The notes beneath the pieces are model-generated. The model did no database searches. It was not told the DNA's origin and saw only the letters and a list, made by a program, of their open reading frames with translations. Source: Callorhinchus milii (lineage: Eukaryota). From it: 64,000 nt of DNA. Positions 49,478-63,129 of this stretch are shown here, piece after piece. Positions within the stretch are counted from its first letter, which is position 1; each line of letters starts with the position of its first letter. The translations under genes were made by a program, and so were the position numbers. The DNA lies in contig NW_024704743.1 in assembly GCF_018977255.1 (NCBI RefSeq), forward strand, positions 111,106,001-111,170,000. The letters are read 5' to 3'.

Positions 49478-50269
49478 TTCGATTTCCTTCAAGATGCCTT
49501 CGTGTTTGCATTAGAGCCATTTCCTCAATCGAACATGTCAAGGCTTTAACAAAAATAAAATAAAACAAACATGAACCCTATCTTCCAAATACAGTATTTT
49601 CTATTAGCTTCAACAGAAAAAGGTTAATAAACCGTGTTCCCGAAAGGCCGAAGGCACTGTGATGCCAAACGAGGGCAGCACAGATGAAATTCAGACTCAG
49701 AATATAAATGGATTTCTCTGCAGTCTGATTTTGTTTTAACATTTACCGAGCGGCTCTGAATGCTGAGACTATCAGGCTGCGTGTGATCTTTGCTGAACCA
49801 TCCTCATAGTGACTGACATCCACCAGTAACCTGGCGATTGAAACTGACTCCTAGCCTTTCAAGCCCCCGTATTTCCTTTGAAGCTCACAAAATGCAAATG
49901 TGTTTAATTGTGTATCAGTTCTGTATACGCTGCCTCAAGACCACAATGCAAGGACTGGTATAAATGCAAGGGAAATGCTCCATTAATCGATTGCTTCAAA
50001 CAAGATTAATCTCTTCATAGAAGACAAATGATGCAGTCAATAAATGTGACTGCAGACCAGAGGAAAATTATTATAATGCAAACCAATGTGCCTGCTACAA
50101 GCTGATACAGATCGATTCATGACTTCTTCTACTTTATATCAAATGGAATAAATTTGCATTTCTAGCAAGGATTATTTGATTCAGGGTGATTATTGGAATA
50201 CTGGGAAACCTATTGAATATAACACTATTAAATTATTTGATGTGTTTCAGAGATCCCAGAAGGCTGTGG

Positions 50270-50470
50270 ATTCAAGTTGCACATCAAAACTCTAAGTCTA
50301 GGCTGGCACTCCCAATATCGGGCTGGGGGAGGGGGGCTACTGCATTGTCAGAGATGCCGTGTTTTGGCTGAGATGTTAAACTGAGGCCATTTCTGCCTGT
50401 TCTGATGGATGTTAAAAGTCCCATGGTACTATTTGAAAAGAGAAAGGAGTTTCTCCCAGTCATGGACACC
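50270..50470 (+). mobile_element. Deu-domain SINE fragment
   Basis: gatgttaaactgaggcc...gttaaaagtcccatggtactatttgaa core. Confidence 0.7.
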
Positions 50471-51272
50471 AATCATTTGCCATTACCTTGCAGACAATAA
50501 AGCAGCTCAGTCAATGCCTTACATCTGTTGGTAGTCGTTGATCCCAAGTGAGCTCAATAAACCAGCATCAAACTTTACTTGGTGATAGAGTGAACACTTT
50601 TCCAGGCAAGGACAACAACAACTTGCATTTATATAATGCCCCTCATGCAGGTATCGACTTTGACTCAGTTTGAATCCAACGATCAGAAGATAGCTTATTT
50701 GCTACCTTCTGCTTATGAGATTCAAACAATTACAATGCTTTTACCAATGCTTTGAAGTACAGTGATGGTGACAGTAGGTGAACGTGGCAGCCAATTTGTG
50801 CACAGCATTGTCCCATAAACAGTGATAAATTATGTGAATGACTAATTTTATCTGGAGGATGGCTGACTAGGTTAGCACCCCAAAAATGTGTCTAATCTAT
50901 TCTGAACCACTATGTTATTTAAGAGGATTCAGAAATCTGTTTACGGTATATTTACTGCATTATAATCTGTTTTGAATTGGTTTGCCATGTACTGGTAAGA
51001 ACCTGTGAAGCAGCTACTTAAAAGGAGATTTAAGTTAATAATTCCACTGTAAGATGATGCTTTATCACTGATGTCTTTATAGAGCAAGGAATGTTTCTCC
51101 TGAGGGAAGGAGGATGATGCAAGCCACCTACAGATCACTTCATAGTTCGGCATCTCCCTCCCTACCTCCCTGTTCTGCTGACACCCCACTCCTCAGTCTA
51201 TCCTTTTGATCGTCCAGCTCGGGCCTTCTTCACATCCTTGATGCATTGCTCTACTACTGATAAGGCACTATA

Positions 51273-51642
51273 TGGAGTCCTGTAGCTCAGTGGTTAGAGC
51301 ACTCGACTCGCAAGTGAGAAACTTGGGTTCAATTCGTGGCAGGGCGAAATGTTGGACAAGTTTTGTTACTCCACACACCTCTGTTTACCTAGCAATAAAT
51401 AGGAACCCGGTTGTTAATCGATTGGCAGATCGCTTTTCCGAGGGTAACAATTCCTTCAAAAAAAATAATAAATTGTTCGCTTCAATCCACAACTGTTTGT
51501 GGGACACTGCTGTGCGTAATTGGCTGCCGCGTTTCGCCCACAAGATATAGTCAATTCATTTTACAGTATATTTTGTTAAGCGCTCTGAGATGTCTCAAAG
51601 ACGTGATAAGGCGCTATATCAAATGGAAGGATTATTATTATT
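51273..51642 (+). mobile_element. tRNA SINE, long form, full length
   Basis: Head, extra segment 51381-51444, Deu 3' part, hairpin tail. Confidence 0.92.
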
Positions 51643-53229
51643 GTATCAAATTAAGGACTATTATTATTTTCTCAAAGCATTGCTGCCCATTGTCTTTGAT
51701 TCCTACAACACTGCAGTGCTGTTCAAATTCATATTCAATAGGGGGAGCTAGTGAGTTAATTTACTCAACTGCTGAAAACAAAGGAAGAAGCAAAAATATG
51801 GTCAGCCGCTCACTACACAGTGTTGTCTTTGTGTTTGATGAGCCTGGGGAGCAGTACATTCAAGTGTCATTTTGTCACATTAACTTCATGAACATGTAAT
51901 GGAACTGAGAGCTCGAGGGTGCAGATTGATAAATCTTCATACCTGGGAGAGCGTGAGCGTAGGTAGAAAAGGGCATAAAAAGACAAATGGGATTCTAAGT
52001 TTCATATGTGAAGCGTTGGATGTATATTTATAGAAGACGTTGATTTGTCTGCAGTTGGAGAACTCTGTACAACTTTGGTCTCGCGGAAAGAGGACATCAG
52101 AATCTTTCCTGTTTTCCCTTGATTCACCCACAAAATGCACAGTCACTTCATAGTAAATCCTATGAAGCACTTTGAGACGTCCTCCCAATGTGAAAGGTAC
52201 TATATCAAATGTAACAATTCTTTTTACTATTCTCTCCTTTCCACCCTCTTTTCTAAAATCATTGTTTTGTTTCTTTGCGTTATTTATTTCTTGCTCTCTT
52301 TACTGGTGTAGTCACTGTCTCTGACTTCCACACAAAGTAGCATCCCCCATTACACCTTATCTCGCACTCAGTTATCCTTCTTTACAAAGGATTTTTCCTT
52401 TGCAATTACAGTACCTCACTGTGGCTCAACTTAAATCTGGATATGGTGACCTCTTAAAAAGAAACATAGTGTTGTGCATGTTCAGGGAGATACAACGTTC
52501 AGGGAGATACAACATCCTTGTGTGTATAACTCATTATTACTGGATTTCCAAACAGCAGAAATAATTATTCACTGTCCTGTCAAGACTCAATTTTTCGAGC
52601 TTGTCCTTATAGCAGTAATCATTCATCCCTGGCACCATCCGTATGAAACCCACGCTATACAATTTCCAGAGTAATTGTATGGCATTCACTCCAGGAGAGC
52701 AGATGAGTTCCATGAGGATGTTCTTGCCAGAGAGCAGAATTTACCACTTCATATCGGCTTCATTTAGACTCCTGTCTCCTGCAATTAAAGCAGCAACCTT
52801 TAGCTTCTAATTACATTTTCAAACAGTGTATTGTAGCTTAAGACTAATCCTGTAATTCACATGCGCAATGTGTCAAATTCCTCTGCTTATTTTCGACTGA
52901 TTTCTGGTGGGCTCTTTTTGTGCATCAGAATCAATATAATACAGTTACGAATTGTCCTGTCGTTATACAGAGAGGTATATTTCGGGGCATTTGCTTTCAA
53001 GGGAAATACAGAATCCGTCTGCTATGCTCTGTAATCAAGCAGAACAACACTGGCTACAGTGTTCTGTGGGCAGATTGTTTCCACTAGTGGAAAACCAAGG
53101 CACGCAATAAGCATTGATGTATAATAAATAGAATCAACCTCTAGAAGTTACATGACTTGTACTAATAGCTGAATCTCCTCTAGAGACAAAGAGTGGAAAG
53201 TGGCGTCTAGTCAGACGCATGGAACAAAC

Positions 53230-53650
53230 GTGTCAGCCTGGCTCAGTTGTGTTTTTTTGGTCAGCCAGGTGCCTGACACATGTAGAAACCCTTCACTATA
53301 CTTAGCTCAGTTGTTAGCACTCTTACCTCTGAGTCATAAGGTATGGGTGTTCAAAGCATAGTCCAGGCTAACACTCTGGGGCTGGGGGTGTGATGCATTG
53401 TTGGAGGTGCTGTCTTTAGAAAGAGATGCTTACCTGAGGTCCCATCTGCCTGTACAGGTGGCTTCTGAAAAATCCCCCTGATTAAATTGGTAATTCACTT
53501 CATAGCTATTTGTGAGATATTGCTGTGCCCAAATTGGGTACTGTGTTTGCCAATGAAATACAGTCACTCTCTTTTATAGTATATTCTGTAAGATGAATTG
53601 AGTTGCCCTCCTGGCGTGAAAAACAGTATAGCAAATGTAACGATTATTAC
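53230..53650 (+). mobile_element. Deu-domain SINE with a 54-bp insertion in its head
   Basis: TSD GCTCAGTTGT at 53241-53250 and 53305-53314. Confidence 0.75.
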
Positions 53651-53789
53651 TATGACATTCTGGGGCAACCAAATGATGTTCCTTTACATTGTCAAGATGC
53701 AAAAAGAATCACTGAGCTCTGAAGAATGATTATTGGAACCCGATCATGGCTGAGGCTTTCTGAATGTTTAGAAATAAAATTCCCAAGAA

Positions 53790-53985
53790 TGGGATCTTTA
53801 ATGCCCACCTGAACAGGCAGACGGGGCTGTGATGTGAAGCCTCATTTGAATGATATTGCCTCCACCAATGCAGCATTCCCCCAGCACTGCATTGGAGTGT
53901 CAGCCTAGATTGTGAATTCAAAGTCTCGACCTGGGGTTTGAACCCACAACCTTCTGACACAGAGGCGAGAGTGCTACCAACTGAG
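53790..53985 (-). mobile_element. Deu-domain SINE, 5' half
   Basis: cagttggtagcactctcgcctctgtgtcagaaggttgtgggttcaaa head plus core. Confidence 0.78.
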
Positions 53986-54184
53986 ATGAAAACCCACCCT
54001 TATTGTCTTCTCATAACAACATCAAACTGTTTCTCAAATGTGTGTCTTGGGCTCAGCCACTCTTCCTGCTAACTCTTTCCAGCCATAAATTTCCCATAAA
54101 TGTAAAGGAATACTTTCTGGTGACTGACCTGGAAAATGTCCCTCACACCTTGAACTGAAGCCCTCCTTTCCGGCTGAATGGCTT

Positions 54185-54467
54185 AATAATAATAATAATC
54201 CTTGCATTTCATATAGCACTTTTCACGTCTTCTAGATGTCTCAAAGCGCTTCACAGAATAGACCGTAAAGTGAATTGACTGTATATTTGTGGGCAAAATG
54301 CAGTAACCAATTGCGCACAGCAGTGTCCCACAAACAGTTGTGGTTTGAAGTGACTATCAGGAGTGTGGAGTAAGGATGTTTGCCCAATGTTTCACCCTGT
54401 CGGGAATTGAACCCAGATCTCTCGCTGGCAAAGTAAGTGTTCTAACCATTGAGCTACAGGACTCCAC
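54185..54467 (-). mobile_element. tRNA SINE, short form with a further internal deletion
   Basis: Homology to other copies. Confidence 0.88.
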
Positions 54468-55144
54468 AAACTTATCTGAAGTTTGCCTACAGAATAACTA
54501 CAGTAAATCTAGTGAAATCAGTTGAGACATTCTCCTGATGTGAAAAGCACTATTATCAAGTCAAAGGTTATTATTGTTCTGTGTTTAATTTCCTGATCCC
54601 ATTTACAACAACAATTTGCATCTTGTGATACACTTCACAAGCCAAATTCAGCAGCCAAACCTCATGTTTAGTATAACTTGTCAATAACACACGTCAGTTC
54701 ATTTGCTGTTGCTTGTTTAATTTAAATGTTTACATAAATATTTAAGAGGCAGAGCCTTGTAATTATTATTTAATTATGCCAAGATGCAAAAAGAAGAAAT
54801 CTGACACAAATTTTTGTATCATTTTATTTTTAAAGGAATCCCTTGACTTCCCCACTGGGAGATTTTCTCAAACATGGGACCTCCTTTCAATGCCAGAGAT
54901 AACATTAAAGTTAAATTATCTTTCTTGGGAATATTATTTCTTAACACTCAGAAAGCTGCAGCCATTATTTGGTTCCAATATTCATTCTTCAGAGCTCAGT
55001 GATTTAATGGGAGTTTTTAGTGAGCTGTTGGGAGCTTCATATTTGCTTCACGTGTTTGTCCAGACTCCACTTTTCACCCTTTGCCTCCAGAGAGGAGACC
55101 TATCTATGAGCATATGTCATGTGATTTATAGAAGGTGGTTCTAA

Positions 55145-55440
55145 TTAACCCTTCATTTCATTTGAGAGGACATCTCAAAGCGCTTCACAGGATAAACTTT
55201 AAAATGTAGTTACTGTATTTTGTAGGAAAACACGGCAGCCAATTTGTCCGCAGCAGTGTCCCACAAACAGCCATGAAGTGAATGGCAAATTCTATCTGGC
55301 GGACACTGGGAGAAACTCCCTTCTCTTTTCAAACTGTGCGATAGGATTTTTAATGTCCACCTGAACAGGCAGACAGGGCTGTGGTGTGTAGCCTCATTTG
55401 AAGGATGTCGACTCCAACAATGCAGCATTCCCCCAGCACA
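55145..55440 (-). mobile_element. Deu-domain SINE
   Basis: Core and tail. Confidence 0.78.
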
Positions 55441-55679
55441 CAGAGGCATTGAGGCAGGGAGTATCTAATCTCTGACTCACAACACTTTGGCTCTGATGAG
55501 ATTGATAGTCGGAGCTGAAGTCTCACCCCCTGCGTGCTCTATAGGGGTTTGTTTCCCAGCAGAAAATGCAGTAACGTTGCAGATAATTTTTCTGCTGGTC
55601 ATGTATTGGTTACATCAATCTGTCATTGTCTGAGTGCTTCTTTCTATCCCCTTGTCAGTGCATAAAGTTTGATAGAAAA

Positions 55680-55865
55680 AAACAATAATAAATTGGTCAC
55701 TTCAATCCAAGACTCTTTGTGGGACACTGCTGTGCGCAAATGGCTGCCGCGTTTTGCCCATACGTATGCAGTCAATTCACTTTACTGTATATTCTGTGAA
55801 GTGCTTTGAGACACTTAGAAAATGCGAAAAGAGATATATCCAATGCAAGGATTATTATTGTTATA
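55680..55865 (+). mobile_element. SINE 3' half
   Basis: Deu 3' segment and tail. Confidence 0.82.
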
Positions 55866-56774
55866 GAGTTTTCCTTTTTAAACACTCATTGCTAAAATGT
55901 GCTCAACTTGCCAAGACAATGGGTATTGCCATGCTCACTCCTCCCAACCCCCACCCCCCAAACCCCACCGTAACATATAGCAGTAGCTTCAGAGACCCTT
56001 TCAAATACAATCATGGTTTTTAGCAGGTCAAACATGAAGCTGTTGCCAGGACTATAAATCTGCTAAACCGTAACAGAGCAATAATGCTTCGAGAATATGT
56101 CATTTTGATTCATGGTGCTCAGATTTGGTACGGAGAGGAGTGAATGATTTAGCTATAGGGTGTCTGGAATGCACAGTAGCGCAGGATGTTCACAAAGTAT
56201 TGAGGACTGCGGACTGCGTGCTCGACACACTTGCCCCTTATGTACAATGGGACGAGAGGCAAATTTAAAGAGTGAACCTGGACTTGTTTTAGATTGCAAA
56301 TTTTAATTTGGTGAAATCCAAACAATTTGAAAGCCCCTCTGCACATTTCTGACGAATGTACATAGTTGGTGAGTTTCTGTCCCTTGCTTTAGTCTGCTGT
56401 TATGCTGGTTCAGTGGACAGTTTCTTGTTGTCTCACGACTATTCATCTGTTTACAGCATTTTACTGGGTTGCATACTTTTCTGGCACTTTTGTGGACACA
56501 TGTCTACTTTTACAATGTAGATATGCAAGTTTGGTAGGCAGTTTATTTACCGTAAATCCTGTATTCCAAAATATAATATAGTGGAGATAAAATAAGTTTT
56601 CACTGAATGCTGAGTAAAGCTCTCTTCATGGTTCGATGGATAAATGGACTGCATGGAGTGGCACTGAACTGTGCAGATTAAAAAGGTCTTGTGCTTGGTA
56701 CATGGTGTATTCTGAGTTAGTATATCTATTCCAGACCGTCAGTCAGGGTGCACCAATTGACCTCAGCATATAAT

Positions 56775-57177
56775 AGTAATGATAATACTTACATTTGATC
56801 TAGCGCCTTTCAAGTCGGTAGGACATCTCAAAATGCTGTAAAGGATGTATTGTAAACTGGAGTGGCTATGTATTTTGTAGGTGAAAGCAGAGGCAATTTG
56901 CACACAGCAGTGCTCCACAGTTAATGACCAATTTCATTGGGAGTTTGATGGCCAGGACACCAGGAGACATTCCTTTCTCTTTTTGAGTACTGCCATGGGA
57001 TCTTTCACATCCATCTGACTAAGCAGACAGGACATCCCTTCGGTTTAAAATCTAATTTGAAGGACAACACCTCTGACAATACAGCACATCCCCAGCAAGT
57101 TAAATATCGACATGGGGCTGTAAACGAACAATCTTCTGACTCAGAGGCAAGTGTGCTGCTAACTGAGCCAAGCTGAC
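56775..57177 (-). mobile_element. Deu-domain SINE, near full length
   Basis: Head, core and tail. Confidence 0.75.
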
Positions 57178-57954
57178 AAACAAAGGATCCTGGAGCTTTT
57201 ATTTAAGCCTTTAGCTTTCGTGGTTTGGAATGCTTTAACCAAACAACCATTTTCATCTGTACTCTTAGTTTTGCTGACAGTGCTCTTAAGTTTGCTGACA
57301 AGAAAGATTTTACTGAGCTGAACAATATTCAATGTTACTGAGGTCACTTGAAGCAATACGTGGCGTTATTCTTGATTCACGACTTGAGTCATCATAACTC
57401 CAACGGTTAAAGAGAATGGATTTTGTATAGATGTTCAGGCAGATTTATGCAAAGTGGGAACTATTCATTTTTTTGCCAGTAAATACACCAGTGGAGAGAT
57501 AATCATCAATTCAGAGTTAGTGATTGCTGGCGCTAATAACATGCAGTAACAATTACCAGCCAACCCATTAATCAATAGCTTGTTGAATAGCTGGGATTCC
57601 ATTCGATGCACAGTTAAATTCTGTGAATCACCAATTGAGGGTTAAGAGCCATTTGACTTCATAATTATTGGACTCAATAGTGGAAAACCCCCCCAAGTTA
57701 CAATTTGTAATGACAAATTACATTCCTGAAAGCTTGACAAGTTGAAGTTGACCTCAATCCTGACACAGCCCTACAGGAATGAGTTGACCAAGATGTCCTC
57801 TGCTAAAAGTCACTGGTGCAACGAGAGTTCATAGGGAAGGAGCAAGTGGAGGAATTAACGTTCACAGTCTTCGTGCTCTAACTGATCGAGAGTGAAGAGG
57901 GTAGTGATGTTGCGTGGATAATTATTGGTTGAAATATAGGAGTGCATTGTGACA

Positions 57955-58333
57955 TGGTCAAGATCCTCACAATCATGTTCAAAGCCATTCACTCCATGGC
58001 ACCTCCCTACCTCTACGACTTCCTCACTCCCCAATCCACCACCGGTGCCTCCACTCGACTGGCACCGGCCTCCTGCTTGTCCCTCGCACCCTCTGCTCCA
58101 CCACTAGAAGTCCCACTTTTTGCCACTATGTCCCGAAGCTCTGGAACACTTTCCCTCAATCCCTCCGCTTTGCCCCCTCTCCCCTTTTTCAAGTCCTACC
58201 TGAAAACCTTCCTTTTCGACTGTGCCTACGGTCACCTCCAACCTCCTGGCTCTGAGTCAGGCTCCACCACTGTTAAATGCTCTGAGATGCTATCCTGTGT
58301 GGAGGGCGCTATATAGGTGCAAGTTGTTGTTGT
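57955..58333 (+). mobile_element. Older L2 3' fragment
   Basis: KILTIMFKAIHSMAPPYL...FKSYLKTFLFDCAY, tail. Confidence 0.85.
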
Positions 58334-59059
58334 AGTAATTATCACATTGTAGGACAAAGAAAATTGGTCATTTACTATCATTATTATTATTATGACTGCA
58401 CTTTACTGTAAATCCTGTGAATGCTTTGGGATGTCTCCAGATGTGAAAGGCGCTATATCAATGTAAAGATTATTATTAATTTTCCCTTTTTGGAGATGTC
58501 TCAGTGATAACTGTTGTGGGGGATATTTCCCTACCCGTCCTCCTCTCCAACATCTTTCAAATGGTTTCTTTCAAGGACGACTGCTGTACCTTTGAACTTG
58601 CCACCAGTGCTGGTCTCAGCACTTCCCTATTAGTTCAGGGAATACTGGCTGCACTGATCTTCAAAGTTAAGTTAAACAAATCTTCCCTAATGAGGGATGC
58701 TATCACATTGAAACGATAGCATCCGTATGATGACGCTATCCTCCTTGGGGTGTTGGGGGGGGTGGGGGGAGAGGTCAGCGTGCATTTCTTGGAGTTAGAC
58801 AATCGAATGTCGGAGCCTCTGAAATGCTTGGACCTCCGACATACAAAGCCTTCGGCAGAATTCTTGAGCTGCTGATATGAAGATTGCTGGCTCAAGAAAA
58901 TACGTGCCAACAAGTTGACCATTGAGCCAACACACACCGTCAAGTGTCCCCAATGCCTCAGCGTGGTTTGCAGAATACTCTTCAGTATGTAGAGCATCCC
59001 TCAAACCTTGCTAATCTGGGAGTTTCCTGTCTGAGGGAGCTACAGAAATTCGAGCCTAA

Positions 59060-59450
59060 AAATCATCCTTACATTTAATTACTGTGGCTTTCGTATTGGG
59101 GGGACACCTCAAAGCGCTTCACCCGACGTATGGTCAATTATTGTCTGTGTATTTTGTAGGGTTAGGCTTAGGGTTACAACTACCAATCTACACGCAGCAA
59201 CGTCGCACAAACGGCCATGAAATTAATGACCAATTTTATTTGGGGGATTGTCACCAGACGAAATACCCTTCTCTTTTTGAATAGGTCACAGGATCTTTAA
59301 CGTCCACCTGAATAGATAGACTCTGTTTAACAGTTCAATGAGAGAACCTCCAACAAAGCAGAGCACCCCCAGCATTGTGTCAGCTTGTCCTAGACTATAT
59401 GATAAAGAGTTACAAACCATGATTAAACTGTAATGGCTAAACTGTGCTTC
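59060..59450 (-). mobile_element. Degenerate Deu-domain SINE
   Basis: ggatctttaacgtccacctgaa core. Confidence 0.65.
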
Positions 59451-60539
59451 TTTTAACAAGTTGTTGATTGCCAATCTGGGCTGGTGTACATATTCAGTGC
59501 CTCCGGGAGCTTTCCCAAGACTAATTGGTTCTTCTGCATGTTGGTTCAAACGCTAGACTGGTGTCTTATCTTGGTCTTCAGAGGGTTGGTGGCACTGTTA
59601 GGCTTCCTCCTGATCAGAAAGCCTAAGGCACAACAGCTGGTCTGACATTCATCTCTAAGGATTAAGAATGGCAATTATTAGCATATCAGTGGTGAATTCT
59701 TCAATACGTACAATACTCATCATCGAGAAACACTGGGGAGGTTTGTAAATTGCAATATGTATCTGATCAAACATTTGACATTAAGTACCTTAATGCAGAC
59801 CTCATTTGCACTACACTGAATAACAACCTTAAAATGCACTTGTGTGTCTTTTATTATATATTTGCTTATAAAACAGTCACAATTCTTGAAATTAATTATT
59901 AGTGAAGCTTTTTGAGACATTTCAAAGTGATAAGATGCTATAAAATTGCAATTATTCCTTTCAATATTATATTTATTATATTTATTATGATATATAAAAT
60001 TATATTTTATATTCAGTGGATGGCTATATTTCCCCCCCACCGCCCACCCCGATATTCACCCCTCTGTTGTGAAAAGCAGTAAATACCAAGTTAAAGCTAT
60101 GCTGGGAATTTGCAGGATTTAAACACTTCCAGCCACACGAGCAAGGAAATCTATGAATTCTTTTCATTAACATAAATAAGGAATTGTGTGAACATGGTTC
60201 AGTCTTGTGTAATCCTCTCCAGACTGTAGAGAATCAGAAATCTGCGATGCATGGATTTAAATGGGTTTAGCAGTGAAGTCAGAGATCTAGTGTCAAAAGA
60301 AAGCTGCTATGCTGTGACTCAGAAGCATATCTAATGGGTCTCATCTCCTTCATAGAGTGACAAACAGTGCTGTGCACTATCAGGCTTACTTGCAGGCTCA
60401 TTGGAGATTTGTTATTTTGCTTGAGTATTGGACTGAAGTGAACACTCAGGCTGAAGAGTCAATGTACAAATTACTGTTCCCTGTGGGACCTTTTGTAACA
60501 AGATCCTGTAGTCGGTTTCTTTCTGCTCACTGTAAGTGA

Positions 60540-60853
60540 TAGTAATAAGAATCCTTGCATTTGATACAGTGCCTTTCATGTTGGGAGGACATCCTCATAC
60601 GCTTCACAACATTTACTCTAAAGTATAATGACTGTATATTTTGTAGAAACTCCTTTTTCTTTTTTGGTTAGTGCCATGGGATCTTTAGCGTCCACTTGAA
60701 TGTGGCAAATTGGGTCTTGAATTAATATCTCATCTGAAGGACGGTATCTTTGAAAATGCAACGCACCCCCAGCACTGCAATGGAATGCTATCTTAGACTG
60801 GCATAGACCTTCTGGCTCAGAGGCAAGGGCGCTACCAAATGAAGCAGACTGAC
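60540..60853 (-). mobile_element. Deu-domain SINE with internal deletions
   Basis: Tail, core and head fragments in order. Confidence 0.72.
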
Positions 60854-62499
60854 CCCTGTTAACAAAATTTATTTAACAAAACTACGTGCTACGGTTCTTC
60901 TTCCCTAAAGAACATGTCTCCATGTTCTTTATACAGTGTTAATGTATACAGAATTCAGTACAGTACCCATCATACCTGTTTCTCAGGAGCTGGATAAATA
61001 GCATTGCCCTGCTTTCGAAGTTTGAAAGAAAATATAGTAATTATATTTGGGAAAGGGCAGCTCATAAATTTAATGTAAATTGACAGCAAGAACCAGTGCT
61101 AATGCACTTTCTAGGCAAAATCCCAAGAACATCCTTGAGTGCTCTGTATAGTGTCTAAACTGTCTACAACCTAGAAACAGTCACTGCCCCGACCGTAAAT
61201 ACCTATAAAGCATTTTCATATTTTGGCCAAATATTTAGATCGTTTGGCATGATATTTTGGCATGATCAGGTGCTATAAAAATGCAGGTTCTTGTACTTGA
61301 ATTGAATGTTATTAGCAGGTCTGTGGACAGGTGTCCTGAAGGAACTGTTCCCTTAGATCCATCCAATTGTCAAAGCTCAGAAGTCTAGTTACAGGATTGT
61401 AGCTGCAAAATCGCTATTAAAATTCTGTTTTCTAAAGTATTATTGAGTTAATCTCTCTGACACATCCAGTGCCATGGACACTTCAACTTAATTCAACTGA
61501 AGGTTACAACAACTACAGGTGTGGTTTCCAAGATGAAACTCTGTCCAGTTTCTCGATTGAGAAAGCCAGGATTTCACTGTAATGTTACAAACTACATTAT
61601 TCAACCCTGAATGGTTGCATTTTACAATGACATTTCTATGGTCCAGAGCAATCAATCATTTCTGTGCACAATTATCCCCATGAGCTTCCACACTGTTCCA
61701 CACTTAATATTCATCTAGCTCTTTCCTAAAGGAATGAATTGATGCAATATTAACTGCTTTTGCCAGGAGTCTGTTCCACAAATCTACTACTCTGTGGGTG
61801 AAACATATTCTAATCTCTAACCTCACTCGAGGCTTGTTAATTTCCTACTCCTGTCTTCTCGCCTTGCAATCCCATTTGTATTAACAAGCCAGGCTACATT
61901 CATATGTTCTATGTCTTTCAGAATATTAAGGACTTGGATCAGACATTCTGGTGGTCGAGTCAGTCTCCCACTTTTCCTGCTATTCTTCAATTTTTATCGG
62001 TGCATCTCACTGAAACAGTCACATGCAGCACTCAGTTGACATGAATTCATTGTGAGTGTTTGTGAGGCAGTAACCCACTCAAGCCCCTCAGGCATTTTTC
62101 TGATAATAGATTGTTTTTAGCAGTAAACAATGAGTCAACCTGACAGTGAGCAACACCAGTAAAGTCATTCCAGACACAAAGAAGTGCTCAAGCAGGCAAC
62201 CCACACACACTGTGGAGATTGCCGGAGAGAACTCCTGGCTGACGAAGGGAATATTAACCAGTAAGTCTGGAGGACAATCTCTGAATCATAAACATTGTGA
62301 GATAATGATGGTGATATCTGTTTCAATGAGATAATCTCAGTTGGGTCCGCAGTACAGCTAATGTCAGAACAGTCAGCCTGACTCATTGGAAGCACTGCAG
62401 AGACCATGGGAGCAGGGATTCTCCCCACTCAGCTCTGATTGATACCTGTGTCTGAGTTTGATGGTCTCCTTGGGCAAGACTGAGGTGGTTAGATATTTG

Positions 62500-62630
62500 T
62501 TAGGTCAGGGTATCAAGGGATATTGGGCAACGGCTGGTAATTGGAATTGAGGTACAGATCAGACATGATCTTATAGAATGGTGGAATAGGCTCGAGGAGC
62601 TGAATGTTCTACTCCTGTTTCTATGTTTCC
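62500..62630 (+). mobile_element. CR1 3' end
   Basis: gaggtacagatcagacatgatcttatagaatggtgg...ctcctgtttctatgtt. Confidence 0.75.
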
Positions 62631-63129
62631 ATGGACACTGATTTGCACCGAACCTCAGGTACCTGTGCCTGAGGCTGATACTCTCCTTGCCTACAAAATA
62701 CACAGACACCCCGTGTTAAGTTGATCGTGTGAAGTGTTTTGAGACATTCTCCAGATATGAAAGGACCATATCAAATGTAAGAATTATTATTTTGCCATAT
62801 TTGGGATTGAGCAACCCATGCAAATAGGCTGCAGCTTTTGCCTTCAAATACACATTACAGAAATGCTGTGAAGCTCTTTGAGGCATAACATCAAATGCAA
62901 GGAAGACTTGACTTCTTCCTTAAATCACCCTTGAACCAACAAGACTATATTTGTCTACAAAATACAGAGTCACTACGCTTTCCAGTTAATCCTTTGAAGG
63001 GCTTTGAGACAATGTGAAGATAAAATATCAAATGCAAAGATTATAATTAAGACTATTCTTAGTCTCTTTCTTTGTGCACCTCAACTGAAGGAACCAAAAT
63101 ACTCTCACCTAGATCTAGGTTCAATGCTT

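Noticed and set aside
49640..49652. ccgaaaggccgaa resembling hammerhead stem II
   Set aside because: No upstream CTGANGA core.
52480..52513. 17-bp tandem duplication (similar ones near 19430, 25257, 29190, 61243)
   Set aside because: Ordinary slippage duplications, not an array.
58635..59004. ORFs with an LRDAL motif reminiscent of a Tx1 LINE C-terminus
   Set aside because: Match too short to support.
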